Positions 19,454 through 29,719 of a stretch of DNA of 55,076 bases are shown here, in pieces (position 1 is the first letter of the stretch; each line of letters begins with the position of its first letter). The translations under genes were made by a program, and so were the position numbers. Where the stretch lies: positions 1 through 55,076 of the forward strand of contig JBEKGO010000012.1 in assembly GCA_050012755.1 (NCBI GenBank), written 5' to 3'. The notes beneath the pieces were generated by a model, which was given only the letters and a program-made list of their open reading frames with translations, had not been told where the DNA came from and searched no databases. Origin of the DNA: Candidatus Bathyarchaeia archaeon. GTDB lineage: Archaea; Thermoproteota; Bathyarchaeia; Bathyarchaeales; Bathycorpusculaceae.

Positions 19454-20497
19454 GTGAGGAAACCGTTGGTGTCAACGTCAAAGATTAACCTAAACAAATC
19501 GGCTCTTGTCTTATTCAATAAATTGTGCGATGAATCCGACAAATACGGTGTTATAGTCGAACAGTCAGAATCAGGCGCGACAATAGTTGATGCCGGTATA
19601 AAGGCAGAAGGAGGGTTCCTCGCAGGAGAAATGGTTACTGAAATATGCCTGGCTGGATATGGAAAAGCAACAGTCTCCCCAGTGCAATATGGTGATTTAG
19701 TTTTGCCCTCAGTTTTTGTCCAAACTGACCACCCAGCTTTATCGCTTTTGGGTTCGCAGTTTGCAGGTTGGCAGATAAAGGGTGAGAACTACTCTGCTAT
19801 TGCTTCGGGTCCTGCGAGGGCACTTGCACTTAAACCCAAAGATCTGTACATAAAGCTCAATTATAACGAGGAATCAGACGTCGCGGTTCTGGTTTTGGAA
19901 ACCGAGAAGACGCCACCTGAAGCTATTATTCAGCAAGTCGCCGAAAAATGTCGAGTAGCACCAAAAAACCTTTTCATAGTCATATTCTCCACCACAAGCT
20001 TGGCTGGAGCCACTCAAGTTTCGGGCAGAATCGTTGAGACGGGATTGCATAAGCTTGAAAGGTTGGGTCTGGATCCTCTGGTTGTTAAGCATGCTTGGGG
20101 ATATGCACCTATAGTTCCTATTCACCCGAACAGCGGTGAAGCTATGGGAAGAACAAACGACGCCATCTTGTATGGCGGAGTAACCAATTATACAGTGAAT
20201 TTTGACGATGAGGCAAAACTAGAGGGAATAGTTAAGCAAGCTCCTTCCTCGGCCTCCAAGATGATTCAAGAAGCAAAAATCCTAGCACAACAAAGCCCAA
20301 GATTCATGGATATCTTCAAGGAAGCGGGATTTGATTTCTATAAAATAGACACAAACATCTTTGCTCCGGCTGTAGTAAGCATAAACAATATCAAATCAGG
20401 CAGGACTTTCAGCGCAGGGAACTTAGACGTTGATGTTATGAAACGATCGCTTGGAATTTCTGGACCTCCCATCACACGCCCACCTGCTAATCCCTAA
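19454..20497 (+). CDS. mch: Methenyltetrahydromethanopterin cyclohydrolase
   Basis: SQFAGW, SGPARALA, QVSGRIVETG, AMGRTNDAILYGG, FDFYKID..IFAPA. Confidence 0.96.
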   Translation: MRKPLVSTSKINLNKSALVLFNKLCDESDKYGVIVEQSESGATIVDAGIKAEGGFLAGEMVTEICLAGYGKATVSPVQYGDLVLPSVFVQTDHPALSLLGSQFAGWQIKGENYSAIASGPARALALKPKDLYIKLNYNEESDVAVLVLETEKTPPEAIIQQVAEKCRVAPKNLFIVIFSTTSLAGATQVSGRIVETGLHKLERLGLDPLVVKHAWGYAPIVPIHPNSGEAMGRTNDAILYGGVTNYTVNFDDEAKLEGIVKQAPSSASKMIQEAKILAQQSPRFMDIFKEAGFDFYKIDTNIFAPAVVSINNIKSGRTFSAGNLDVDVMKRSLGISGPPITRPPANP

Positions 20498-20724
20498 TCA
20501 CTTTCACATATTCCTTAGTCAGTTCGAGAAAGTTAGGGAATAACACGTCTACTTACTTTAGAAGGTAGTTCCGTTAACTATGATTTTCCATATTTTTTTA
20601 AGATTCCAGACGGATTATACATTTGGATAAAATTATTGTACCAACAAAGACAAAGGTAGCGGGCTCTACGACAAAAATTATAAATACATATTTCGAGTCC
20701 TTAACACCAGTAGAGGAGAAAAAT

Positions 20725-21492
20725 TTGTCAGAAACTGTCCCAACTATTCCATCCGGAATCGAAGGATTAGACGAATTAATTAGCGGCGGCTTTCCAAAGA
20801 ACAGAGTAATCTTGGTTATCGGGGGGCCGGGCGCGGGAAAAACTATACTTGCCTCCCAATTCTTATACAAAGGTCTGTCCCTGCAGGGTGAAAATGGAGT
20901 TTTTGTAAGCTTGGATGAGACCAAGAAGCATTATTTTGCCGAGATGCAAAAGTTTGGCTGGGATTTCGAAAAAGCAGAGGCTGAAGGCAAATTCGCTTTC
21001 TTAGATGCGACTAGGCTTTCAAGAGTAGCTATGCTTAAAGAAAAAATGCTCAAAGAAGAATCAAGCAGCCTAAGAGGAAAAGAACTCCAAATAGATAAAC
21101 TAATTGAAGACCTACAAACCACGATTCAAAAAGTTAATGCTAAGCGGGTTGCCCTAGACACATTGGCATCACTTTTCTATAGATTCACAGACCCAACAGA
21201 GAGAAGAACAGCGGGCGTCGACCTCATCGAAGCTCTATCAGACATAGGAGCGACAGTACTCGTTACTACAGAGCTTGGCCAGCTTGGCTTAGAGCGAAAA
21301 ATATCAGATGAAGAATTCCTGGTACAAGGTGTCATCATGATGCAGAACATTTTCTCAGGCGGAACATCAACGAGAGGTCTTCAAGTAGAAAAAATGAGGG
21401 GCGTCGGAGTAAACAACAATCTTGTGCCATACACAATTGACAGAAGCGGCATAGAAATCTACCCAAATATGTCGCTCTTCAGAGAAAAATAA
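20725..21492 (+). CDS. Single-domain KaiC/RAD55-like RecA-superfamily ATPase
   Basis: SGIEGLDELISGGFP, GGPGAGKT, VEKMRG. TTG at 20725 after GAGGAG preferred over the track start at 20623. Confidence 0.9.
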   Translation: MSETVPTIPSGIEGLDELISGGFPKNRVILVIGGPGAGKTILASQFLYKGLSLQGENGVFVSLDETKKHYFAEMQKFGWDFEKAEAEGKFAFLDATRLSRVAMLKEKMLKEESSSLRGKELQIDKLIEDLQTTIQKVNAKRVALDTLASLFYRFTDPTERRTAGVDLIEALSDIGATVLVTTELGQLGLERKISDEEFLVQGVIMMQNIFSGGTSTRGLQVEKMRGVGVNNNLVPYTIDRSGIEIYPNMSLFREK

Positions 21493-21823
21493 TCTGAAAA
21501 AACGTTAATCCACCCAGCTTACTATTTAAGATCCAGCCTTGCGGTATTAAGCTTAAAGTTTCTTCTGCTCTTAGAACTGTTCCCTTCAAACCAATACTTG
21601 CGGGGTAGAAAATATGCAGTTTCCACATGAATCACAATGTTTTCTTTATTGCCTCAAGATTGCCTTTCCAAACCTTGTTTCCAGTATTGGGCGTAGATAG
21701 TGGCAAGAAATGAAACGGCTGCTATATCCGTAACACAACGAAGGTGTATTTCATCAACGTATCTTCAAGCACGTAAGTTTTTCTTCTCACGCATTTTTGC
21801 TACCAGAGAACCTGAGTATATTG

Positions 21824-23104
21824 TTAAAGAAGTTTTAGTTCGCTGAAGAGCTGAGCTTTTTCGCGGCTGTCTAATGTTTCCAGGTTTAAAGGAATTAAGA
21901 GCACTGCACCTGCTTCAAGGAATTCGATTTTTGTCTCTTGCAAGCACATAAAGACAGTGTTAAAACCGAAACGGCTAATGAGATATTCAAGTCCGTCAAG
22001 GAGAACGACACCGCCACCAGTTTTTACAAATTTCATAACGGCAATCGAAATTTCTTGAAGAGTATTTAGGGCTTTGTAGCCTTTAATGGGCTTCGATGAG
22101 AGCAGTATGACATCTTCAGGCTGAAGATTGCAGGTTTTCGTTAAGATCGTTGGGTCTTCACGTACAATAGCCAATGCTTTTGTTCCACGTGAACGCAATT
22201 CGCATAGTATTTTGACGCACTGTTCAAGCGATTCGCTCAAGTAGCACTCACCTGGTTTAACGCTGGCAAGACTGTTAACAGAGTCTGTCGATTTTTTCTT
22301 GGGGCCACTTGGTTTTGTGTCAGAGTGTTTGCGTCTTTTTAGAACTATGGCTGATGCACCAATCGAAGCTATTACAGCTGCCGCGACGATGTAGTCTAAG
22401 ATGCCAATCGGAGTTTGGTTGCCCTGCGAAGAAAAGATGTTAGTTTCAGTGGCATACATATCTATCATAATATCTGGGACAGTGGAGTTGGGATGAGAAA
22501 ACAACGCTTCATTTTCTAAAAGAAATCCTGAACTCTTATCATAAACAAAGGTAGTTGTATCCTTAGCAGCCAGACCACTTAATGCACTTGTGAAAAAAGA
22601 TTCGATAACAACAACGTTTACTTGTCTACTAACGTTCACGAACGTTCTAACCTCTGAAGAATTAACTTCAAAGACAGCAGAGATCCCCCCGTATATTTTG
22701 TCTCCCTTATTTAGGTTCGCGGCAATTATTGGACCTAGTTGATCATGAGTATAATTTGTTGCGCCATTTTCAAGGCTGATGAAATACGTTTCACCATTAC
22801 CTGGAATGGCAGATCCATTCTGCATTTGACCAGTCATGCACCAAGTTACATCATTTCCAGAACTGGAAAGCACCTGGGTTTTTTCCCAAGACATGAGATA
22901 AGATGAAGGTGCGTTAATTGAATACCAACCGTACTTTACGTAATCGTTCGCCTTAACACCAGAGTTGTAATTTGCTGCCAATGCGGGGTCAGCAAATGCT
23001 TCTAAAAAAAGGGAAAACATGAAAAAAACAAAAAGCATAGCAGCTACGTTTCTTAGCTTGGAACTCGGAATGGTGAGCTTCCTCCACTTTTCCTTAGATG
23101 GCAT
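21824..23104 (-). CDS. Membrane protein with extracellular domain and C-terminal DUF835 domain
   Basis: Signal peptide, extracellular beta domain, TM, then VVLLDGLEYLISRFGF typical of DUF835. Confidence 0.82.
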   Translation of the reverse strand: MPSKEKWRKLTIPSSKLRNVAAMLFVFFMFSLFLEAFADPALAANYNSGVKANDYVKYGWYSINAPSSYLMSWEKTQVLSSSGNDVTWCMTGQMQNGSAIPGNGETYFISLENGATNYTHDQLGPIIAANLNKGDKIYGGISAVFEVNSSEVRTFVNVSRQVNVVVIESFFTSALSGLAAKDTTTFVYDKSSGFLLENEALFSHPNSTVPDIMIDMYATETNIFSSQGNQTPIGILDYIVAAAVIASIGASAIVLKRRKHSDTKPSGPKKKSTDSVNSLASVKPGECYLSESLEQCVKILCELRSRGTKALAIVREDPTILTKTCNLQPEDVILLSSKPIKGYKALNTLQEISIAVMKFVKTGGGVVLLDGLEYLISRFGFNTVFMCLQETKIEFLEAGAVLLIPLNLETLDSREKAQLFSELKLL

Positions 23105-23231
23105 ATGAATCCGTTTTACTTTTAAATTTTTGCTCTACGTCATTTTCACGTTTACTAAATTCTTTGACAAAGGAAAATTTGTTTTTTGTCTTGAGAACTT
23201 CCATGTATTTGTAAGTATCTGTCGCCTTTAC

Positions 23232-23846
23232 TTATTTCTCCAAAAGGTCTCGATAACTTCTAACCCGTCGATTGTACTCTTCATTGATTAGGTTTCTTAG
23301 TTCCAAGTAAACGTCTAGGTTAACCTCATATTTTGCAGATTTTAGATCCGTAGTCTCAAGCGTCGATGTATGATTTCGAATCTTTTGTTGCCAAAGCTCT
23401 ATGATTTTCGATGTAAACATAAACGGGTAAGTCGCCATAATCTCGTTGATTCTTCGCCGTTCTTCAAAATCCAGCCAAAACGCGGAGTTTTCAGATTTAG
23501 CCGGCTTGTTGAGAATTGTATAGAGCGGACCGTAAGCTTTTTCCAACTCGTTTCTAGCATCCTCAATTTGATCTCTCTTAGATTCACTCGATGCACGCTT
23601 AAACGTTGAAAAACCTTCAACCGCAGCGAAGCTTGCAAGGGCAAAAGTCAGAAGCAAAGTGGTTTTATCCATGAAAGTGAGATCCGACAACACTGAAATG
23701 CGCCCAGAATAGCCTGTCAACTGGGGGAAATACAAAACTAAAACTAAGATAACAAGCCCCAAGATTGGTACATATACCAGCCACTTTTCTTTTTGCATAC
23801 ACATCATATAAAATAATGAGTTCTCTCTAAATATAACTTCTTTCAA
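23232..23846 (-). CDS. Hypothetical membrane protein (two TM helices plus helical domain)
   Basis: Two N-terminal hydrophobic segments; ELEKAYGPLY. Confidence 0.7.
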   Translation of the reverse strand: MKEVIFRENSLFYMMCMQKEKWLVYVPILGLVILVLVLYFPQLTGYSGRISVLSDLTFMDKTTLLLTFALASFAAVEGFSTFKRASSESKRDQIEDARNELEKAYGPLYTILNKPAKSENSAFWLDFEERRRINEIMATYPFMFTSKIIELWQQKIRNHTSTLETTDLKSAKYEVNLDVYLELRNLINEEYNRRVRSYRDLLEK

Positions 23847-23938
23847 TCACGAAACATGACCTCGGAGGCGACATGCATTCAGAAATGAAATCATCTTTGG
23901 AGCAACATCTTCACCGAAGAAGCCGCGTACAAACAATC

Positions 23939-24886
23939 TTAAGGTCTATATCCACTGAGAGTGCAAAGTGCCAACGCCGCCGCCGTTAAATCTGCGGTCG
24001 TTCCAGGATTAAGTTTGTTTTGGGATACCCGTAGTTTTTTGTCAAATTGCCGAAGACTTTCTCTTCCTTGTTCAGTGTCTAATCCGCCAAGCTCCAAAAC
24101 AGCCCTAGCGTCAGATGACACTAATCCCGCTTTTTCCTTGCCTACCTTTCTCGCAATAAATGTGTCGGAGCGCTCTGAAAGGATTTTAAGAAAAGTGTGC
24201 ACAACTGCCATGTTGAAAGGTTTTCTTTTCAGCTGTTCTATCAAATATGGGTAGGCTAATTCAAAGGTTACAGGGTAATTGTTTACCCATTCAGCGCAGA
24301 TATCGTCATATGCTGAGGCAATTTTGAAAACCTCAAACAAAGTAACATTTTCCCGTATCAAGCGCTCCTTAGATCGTGGGTCAGTAACATCAAGGTCTGG
24401 AGCTTCATTGAGACCACTTGGACTAGCGATGGCTACAGCTTCATAAACGTGCACTGAATCCAACGCCGTCGTTGATTTAACGGCTAAATCAATATTTTTG
24501 CGTAAAACAGAAAAATCAAACCTGTAATTTTTGTCCGTCCGCGTCATTCCCGCAGCAACAGCGATTGGAGTAAACAGCATAATCGTACCAAGAATCGTGT
24601 TTCCACCCCTTTGCCATGAATTAACGTCACTGGCACAGGTCTTGATTAGTTGCCCCAAGCCAACATTGCTGATGTTAAGCTTGTTTTCCGCTACCGAAGC
24701 CCCGCGGCAGGCTGCTTCTTGGAAGACTGATCCTGCAGCAATAGCCGAAGCCAAGAAGTGTTGACACGTTGTTCCCTCAAAATTTGATGTGAGATTTACG
24801 TTACCGGGTTTGTCCACGCTGACCTCAAGTAATATAGCTAATTGCAGACATTTTCGAACATGTTCAGCTTTTTCTCGGTTAATCAT
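23939..24886 (-). CDS. CitG-family (triphosphoribosyl-dephospho-CoA synthase-like) protein, archaeal type
   Basis: LEVSVDKPGNV, NTILG, DTFIARK, NPGTTADLTAAAL. Confidence 0.9.
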   Translation of the reverse strand: MINREKAEHVRKCLQLAILLEVSVDKPGNVNLTSNFEGTTCQHFLASAIAAGSVFQEAACRGASVAENKLNISNVGLGQLIKTCASDVNSWQRGGNTILGTIMLFTPIAVAAGMTRTDKNYRFDFSVLRKNIDLAVKSTTALDSVHVYEAVAIASPSGLNEAPDLDVTDPRSKERLIRENVTLFEVFKIASAYDDICAEWVNNYPVTFELAYPYLIEQLKRKPFNMAVVHTFLKILSERSDTFIARKVGKEKAGLVSSDARAVLELGGLDTEQGRESLRQFDKKLRVSQNKLNPGTTADLTAAALALCTLSGYRP

Positions 24887-25090
24887 TTATTCTCAACTTA
24901 ATGGGTTTGCGCAACTTTTATTTTAAGTTTTTAGAAATTTAGTTTAAATCGTTTATTGGTGAATTCTTCGTTTGTCTATATATGCAGCAATTATTTTGAC
25001 CATTGTTTATATCATTAGCTATTTTATTGCAGTATGTTTATATATGGCTTTTTCACCTAAACAAACGTTAAGTACGATAGGATGTGAGAT

Positions 25091-25564
25091 TTGTTGGGCT
25101 TTAAACCTGAAAGCCCACAGAAAAAATTAGATTCCGTTGATTTGCAGATTATCCGAGCATTAGAAGAAGATTCACGAGTGAGCTTGAGAAAACTAGCACA
25201 CAAGCTTTCGTTAACGCCGAATATTTTGCATAATCGAATAAAAAGTTTAGAGAAAGAAGCCATCATCAAAGGCTATGTCCCAATTGTTGATGCCACAAAA
25301 ATGGGATACGCAGTGACCGCCATCATCATGATTCAAGTTGAGGGAGGACATATGCTTGAAATTGAAAACGAAATTGCCAAAGAAAGCAACGTTCTTTCGG
25401 TTTACGACATAACTGGAGAATATGACGCAGTCGTATTTGCTAAATTCCGAGACAATGCCAGCCTCAACGGTTTCCTTAAAAAACTGCTATCTGAACGTTT
25501 CATAAAAAGAACCACGACGTTAGTCGCTCTAAACGCTGTAAAAGAATACAGCAAGATACTTTAG
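25091..25564 (+). CDS. Full-length Lrp/AsnC transcriptional regulator
   Basis: LDSVDLQIIRALEEDSR HTH plus VYDITGEYD effector domain. Confidence 0.93.
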   Translation: MLGFKPESPQKKLDSVDLQIIRALEEDSRVSLRKLAHKLSLTPNILHNRIKSLEKEAIIKGYVPIVDATKMGYAVTAIIMIQVEGGHMLEIENEIAKESNVLSVYDITGEYDAVVFAKFRDNASLNGFLKKLLSERFIKRTTTLVALNAVKEYSKIL

Positions 25565-25691
25565 TATTGAAAAATCCAGAATTAATTTCGCTTCTTTAAA
25601 AAAAGCCTCGATATAGGTACCAAAAAAAAATTGTAAATGTTTAATATTGCTAAACAAGTATTCTTTAATAATAATTTGCAATTAAGGAAGA

Positions 25692-26372
25692 GTGTTTAGG
25701 TTGAAGAGCCTCAAAGGCATCTGGGTGGTAGGAGAAAAAAACATTTTTGGCGAGCTTGCCAAAATTTTTGACATCGCCGCCGAAGCAAACACAATATTAT
25801 CGAACATGTTTAAGACAGGTTATAAAGAAAAAGAATTAACTGAAAACATGCATGCCATGCAAGTGCTAGAAAAAAAATCTGACGAAATAGCCTTCAAAAT
25901 AAGCGAAGACATCACAAGCGGCGCCATCAGCCCCAACATAATAGACAATCTTCTCGATTCTGTCCAGACAGCCGACGACATAATTGACACTTACTATTAT
26001 ATTAGTAGAGAACTTAATCGAATGGCGAGAGCCTACTCAGCTGGCTTTCAAGAACATTTTGCTGATTGGGATTCCGTGTATGAAAATATGCTTGCGCTTG
26101 CTGAGAAATCCCTCTTGAGTCTTAAACAGGCACTGTCTTCCTCTGATATATCTGAAATTTTGCGAATGAGAAAAGAAGTTGAAGATATTGAGGAGCGGGG
26201 CGATGACGTAAAGGATCAAGGATTTGATAGGCTATACAGTATAGCGCCCAAGTTACATTTTTTAGAGTTTTACCATTACGAGGAGCTTTTGCATAAATGC
26301 GATGACATACTTGATTCTTGCGAGGACTTCTCTGACCTTATAGTTTCAGTCGTTACTTCTATCCTCAAGTGA
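25692..26372 (+). CDS. DUF47/PhoU-like phosphate transport regulator
   Basis: Repeated E..D motifs (LEKKSD, IEERGD; DDIID, DDILD); directly upstream of a PiT gene. Confidence 0.88.
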   Translation: MFRLKSLKGIWVVGEKNIFGELAKIFDIAAEANTILSNMFKTGYKEKELTENMHAMQVLEKKSDEIAFKISEDITSGAISPNIIDNLLDSVQTADDIIDTYYYISRELNRMARAYSAGFQEHFADWDSVYENMLALAEKSLLSLKQALSSSDISEILRMRKEVEDIEERGDDVKDQGFDRLYSIAPKLHFLEFYHYEELLHKCDDILDSCEDFSDLIVSVVTSILK

Positions 26373-26379
26373 CAATAGA

Positions 26380-27294
26380 ATGCTTTGGCTTTCAATAGTC
26401 GTCCTTATCGTAACTTTTATCGCAGTAATGCTAGTTTCAGGCAACAACCTTTCTGCATGCGTAGGTCCTGCCATAGGATCAAGAATTATAAGCAAACGAT
26501 TTGGCATGTTGCTAGGCGCAGGTGGATTTACCATAGGTCTCATTGCCCAAGGTGCCGGGATGATTAAGACAGTACATACATTGCTGCCAAATGCCGCTTT
26601 GCAGTTTCAGGCTGAAGCTTTACTTGTAGCGATAATAATTTTCGTAATAGCCGACCTAATTAGAGCACCATTATCTCTTAGCATGTCGCTTGTCGGTTTA
26701 TTTGCAGGCTTATCTGTAGCCAAGGGCATGTTTACCAACGGCATTTATGTGGCTGAAGTGGTTGTCATGTGGGTTGCAGCGCCTCTGATTGCCATATTTT
26801 TTTCATTTTATCTTATCAAAGCAATTAATAAGAAAACGCCAAAGAATATTTGGCGACGATTACAAACCTACAAGGTTTTGCTTATTATTTTGGCATTTTC
26901 CACTTCATATGTTCTGGGCGCAAATACAATTGGGTTGATAGTTGCAACAGGGGGGTTTAGTTTAATAACCGTGGTGGCAGCTGTGCTTGCAATTTTTCTT
27001 GGAACATTTTATTTAAGTGCTGGAGAGATTCGGCGAGTTTCTCAAGAGCTCTTTCTTATGCGGTACCCCAACGCCATGAGTACACTTTTGACTTCAGCGG
27101 TGCTTGTTGAGGCAGCTACAATTTTCAATATTCCACTCTCTAACACTCAAGCTCTCTCATCGGCAGTCTTCGGAGCAAGCTTATCTTACAAATCAAAGTT
27201 TGTTTCGCTTAAGCCGTTTCTGGTTACAGCATTGACTTGGGTAATTGCGCCACTGCTGAGCTTTGCCATAGGATTAATCATAGGTTCCATTTAG
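26380..27294 (+). CDS. PiT-family inorganic phosphate transporter (divergent)
   Basis: Two PHO4-like halves: SGNNLS..GPAIGS, PLSLS, GANTIG, IPLSNTQ. Confidence 0.82.
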   Translation: MLWLSIVVLIVTFIAVMLVSGNNLSACVGPAIGSRIISKRFGMLLGAGGFTIGLIAQGAGMIKTVHTLLPNAALQFQAEALLVAIIIFVIADLIRAPLSLSMSLVGLFAGLSVAKGMFTNGIYVAEVVVMWVAAPLIAIFFSFYLIKAINKKTPKNIWRRLQTYKVLLIILAFSTSYVLGANTIGLIVATGGFSLITVVAAVLAIFLGTFYLSAGEIRRVSQELFLMRYPNAMSTLLTSAVLVEAATIFNIPLSNTQALSSAVFGASLSYKSKFVSLKPFLVTALTWVIAPLLSFAIGLIIGSI

Positions 27295-27393
27295 GCCACT
27301 ATTTTAGCCATAAGTTCATTAGAAATTTCAAATTTTTTCATATGTTCAGTAATTAAGGGCTTTTCTGGAAAAAATCTTGGTTTTTCATAAAAG

Positions 27394-27410
27394 TTATGAA
27401 CAAATATTAA
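27394..27410 (+). promoter_or_regulatory. TTRTGA-N5-TCAYAA-type site (degenerate right arm), 5 nt upstream of TATA
   Basis: TTATGAacaaaTATTAA-ctata-TTTATA. Confidence 0.6.
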
Positions 27411-27465
27411 CTATATTTATATTTAGCTGAACATATTAGTCCAGAACATTAAATCGGTGTTACTA

Positions 27466-27573
27466 TTGAAAAAAACTTCAAACCTTAGAAGAGACATTGA
27501 AGAACTGATTATCATGGACGCTCAAGGCCAGCCACACAGCATCTTTTACAAAAGAATCTCAGGGGCAGATTAA
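27466..27573 (+). CDS. Possible 35-aa ORF abutting the APC permease start
   Basis: TTG after GGTG; MKKTSNLRRDIEELIIMDAQGQPHSIFYKRISGAD; stop TAA is immediately followed by the ATG at 27574. Confidence 0.4.
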   Translation: MKKTSNLRRDIEELIIMDAQGQPHSIFYKRISGAD

Positions 27574-29130
27574 ATGGCAACTAACCAACAAAACGCACCC
27601 GGACCCGAGCTGAAGAAAACCTTAAGCCTCTCAGGATTAACTATCAACGCCATGGCATTAATTGCTCCAGGCGCTTTTCTCTGGCTTACTTACCAATTAC
27701 AAGCTGCTCAGGTTGACCCTTCAGGAGTCTCCACAGCTCCCGACATATGGACGGGGTTGGCTTTAGCGTTGGTACTATCTTTCTTAACTGCAGCTTCATA
27801 TTCATGGCTATCACGCCGTTACCCCGATGCTGGCGCAGGCAGTTCATACTACTTTGCTCAGCGTGCTCTGCTTGACCGAGGCAGCAGCAACAAAACGGCG
27901 CGTAACGCAAAGTTCTTGGTAGGCTGGCTTTCACACCTTTACTATTGGGTTTATCCAGGTGTCATGGTAGGGATGATGGGTTTTTTTGTTACATACATTC
28001 TGTCGACAGTTGGCATTGTAATATCACCGCTAACCGAAGTTGCAATTGTAGTGGCATTCGCGGTTCTCGTAGGTTTCATTGCTTTCAGAGGAATCAACGG
28101 CTCAACTCGAACAAACCTTATGATCAACATAGCGCAGATCGCCATGCTTATCGGCGTTACCGCTATTGCACTTGCCTATCGCTTCATAAACCCCGATCAT
28201 GTGTCTTTCTACTTCTCAAACCCTGCCAGCGTGGTAATACCAAGCAGTGCAAGTCACATGCTCTTTCAAGCAACCATTGCCATACTCGTCCTAGTTGGAT
28301 TCGAATCTGTAACTGCATTAACTGGTGAAGCGAAAAACCCCAAAGATGTTCCGAAGGCAATCATGCTCTCACTCGCTATTCAAGGACTATTCTGCTATCT
28401 GCTAGAATTCTACGGAGTGCAGGCATGGATTAACTCAAAATACACATTTGGAGCAGCAGCAGCTTCCAACTCTCCTATAGGAGACCTAATTATCCGATCA
28501 GTTAACGGATTGTTTGGTGGAGGAGGCTTCATCATCATGCTTGTCGTCGCGGCGGTAGTCGCAACGGCAATACTCGGCACAACTCTATCATGCATGAACA
28601 CAGGCGTCAGAGTAACATATGCAATCAGCCGCGACACTGAAGTCCCTGAACCTCTCGGAAAACTCAACCCAAGATATGGAACTCCAGCGATCGGCGTATG
28701 GGTTATGACTATCGTAACAGCTGCAATAGGCGCCTTCGGTGTCCTGTCACTAACAAACCTGACTGCTATAACGCTGCTCTCCAACTTTGGAACGTTCCTG
28801 CTATACGGTGTAACATGCATAATAGCTGTGTATGCGCTGGCGCGAGAAAGACACACAATCCTGACCAAATACATAGTTCCCCTCGCAGGTTCTGCAGCTA
28901 ACGTAGTCATGCTAATTGCAGTCATCTGGCTCGGTGTGATAGGTGGAGGCAGCACACAGACGGCAGCATTTATGGCAATAGCAATAGCTGCAATATGGAT
29001 GGCAGCAGGATTCGGATACTTTGCTCTAAACTCAAGAAGCACAGAATCAAGAATCTTCCCCTTCCCAGGACGAGAATCAAAAGAAGACAAGAACACAAAA
29101 TACAGCATACACGGGAGTCAATCTGCTTGA
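27574..29130 (+). CDS. APC-superfamily permease
   Basis: About 12 TM segments; PDAGAGSSY, LVGFES, GEAKNP, YGTP motifs. Confidence 0.92.
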   Translation: MATNQQNAPGPELKKTLSLSGLTINAMALIAPGAFLWLTYQLQAAQVDPSGVSTAPDIWTGLALALVLSFLTAASYSWLSRRYPDAGAGSSYYFAQRALLDRGSSNKTARNAKFLVGWLSHLYYWVYPGVMVGMMGFFVTYILSTVGIVISPLTEVAIVVAFAVLVGFIAFRGINGSTRTNLMINIAQIAMLIGVTAIALAYRFINPDHVSFYFSNPASVVIPSSASHMLFQATIAILVLVGFESVTALTGEAKNPKDVPKAIMLSLAIQGLFCYLLEFYGVQAWINSKYTFGAAAASNSPIGDLIIRSVNGLFGGGGFIIMLVVAAVVATAILGTTLSCMNTGVRVTYAISRDTEVPEPLGKLNPRYGTPAIGVWVMTIVTAAIGAFGVLSLTNLTAITLLSNFGTFLLYGVTCIIAVYALARERHTILTKYIVPLAGSAANVVMLIAVIWLGVIGGGSTQTAAFMAIAIAAIWMAAGFGYFALNSRSTESRIFPFPGRESKEDKNTKYSIHGSQSA

Positions 29131-29205
29131 CAACGTCTTTGGGAAGCACCCAAATTTCCATTTTTTTCAAATTTCAGGCAAAATATCTCCAAAATTTTCC
29201 TGAAA

Positions 29206-29222
29206 TTGTGAACAAATCACAA
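29206..29222 (+). promoter_or_regulatory. Palindrome TTGTGA-acaaa-TCACAA upstream of the TATA box of the AsnC-kdpABC unit
   Basis: Perfect 6-bp arms; CTTATATA begins 5 nt downstream. Confidence 0.7.
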
Positions 29223-29379
29223 CCAACCTTATATAATACTGCCAATATGACTATTGGAAGTCGAAAGGAACCTCAAAAATGCAATACTTTGGAAAAGAGC
29301 TTCAGCAGTTTAGTCATCAAAATGAAATTTGCAGTTTGGCGTTGCTTCTCAACAACTTCTGATTTAAGGAGAAATTGAT

Positions 29380-29667
29380 TTGAGTCGATTTTTAGCATCA
29401 GTTAACATTTTTGTTGAATCCACACAAATGGGTAATGTGTTAGCCGCTTTATCAAAGCTTAAAGACATTGAAGAAGTCTACGAAGTCGCAGGTGAATATG
29501 ACATTGTCACCCTTGTTTCAACTTCCACGCTTGAAGAATTTCGCGATATTTTGCAGAAGCAAATCATGAAAATAAAAGGTGTAAAAAGTACCATAACTAC
29601 TATAATATTGCACCAATGCAAAGGACGTAGGTGCCAAGTAAAAACCGCGCTAAAATCAACCACTTAG
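29380..29667 (+). CDS. Stand-alone Lrp/AsnC ligand-binding (RAM) domain protein
   Basis: VYEVAGEYDIV and IKGVKSTIT; no HTH; AGGAG RBS. Confidence 0.9.
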   Translation: MSRFLASVNIFVESTQMGNVLAALSKLKDIEEVYEVAGEYDIVTLVSTSTLEEFRDILQKQIMKIKGVKSTITTIILHQCKGRRCQVKTALKSTT

Positions 29668-29719
29668 TTGGGGATAGGAGCCATAGTGAGCACAAATGTC
29701 TTTTGGAGTTTCGGAATAA

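Noticed and set aside
28995-29378. 127-aa ORF overlapping the APC permease end
   Set aside because: Overlaps the permease out of frame and runs through the kdp promoter and operator; no protein-like features.
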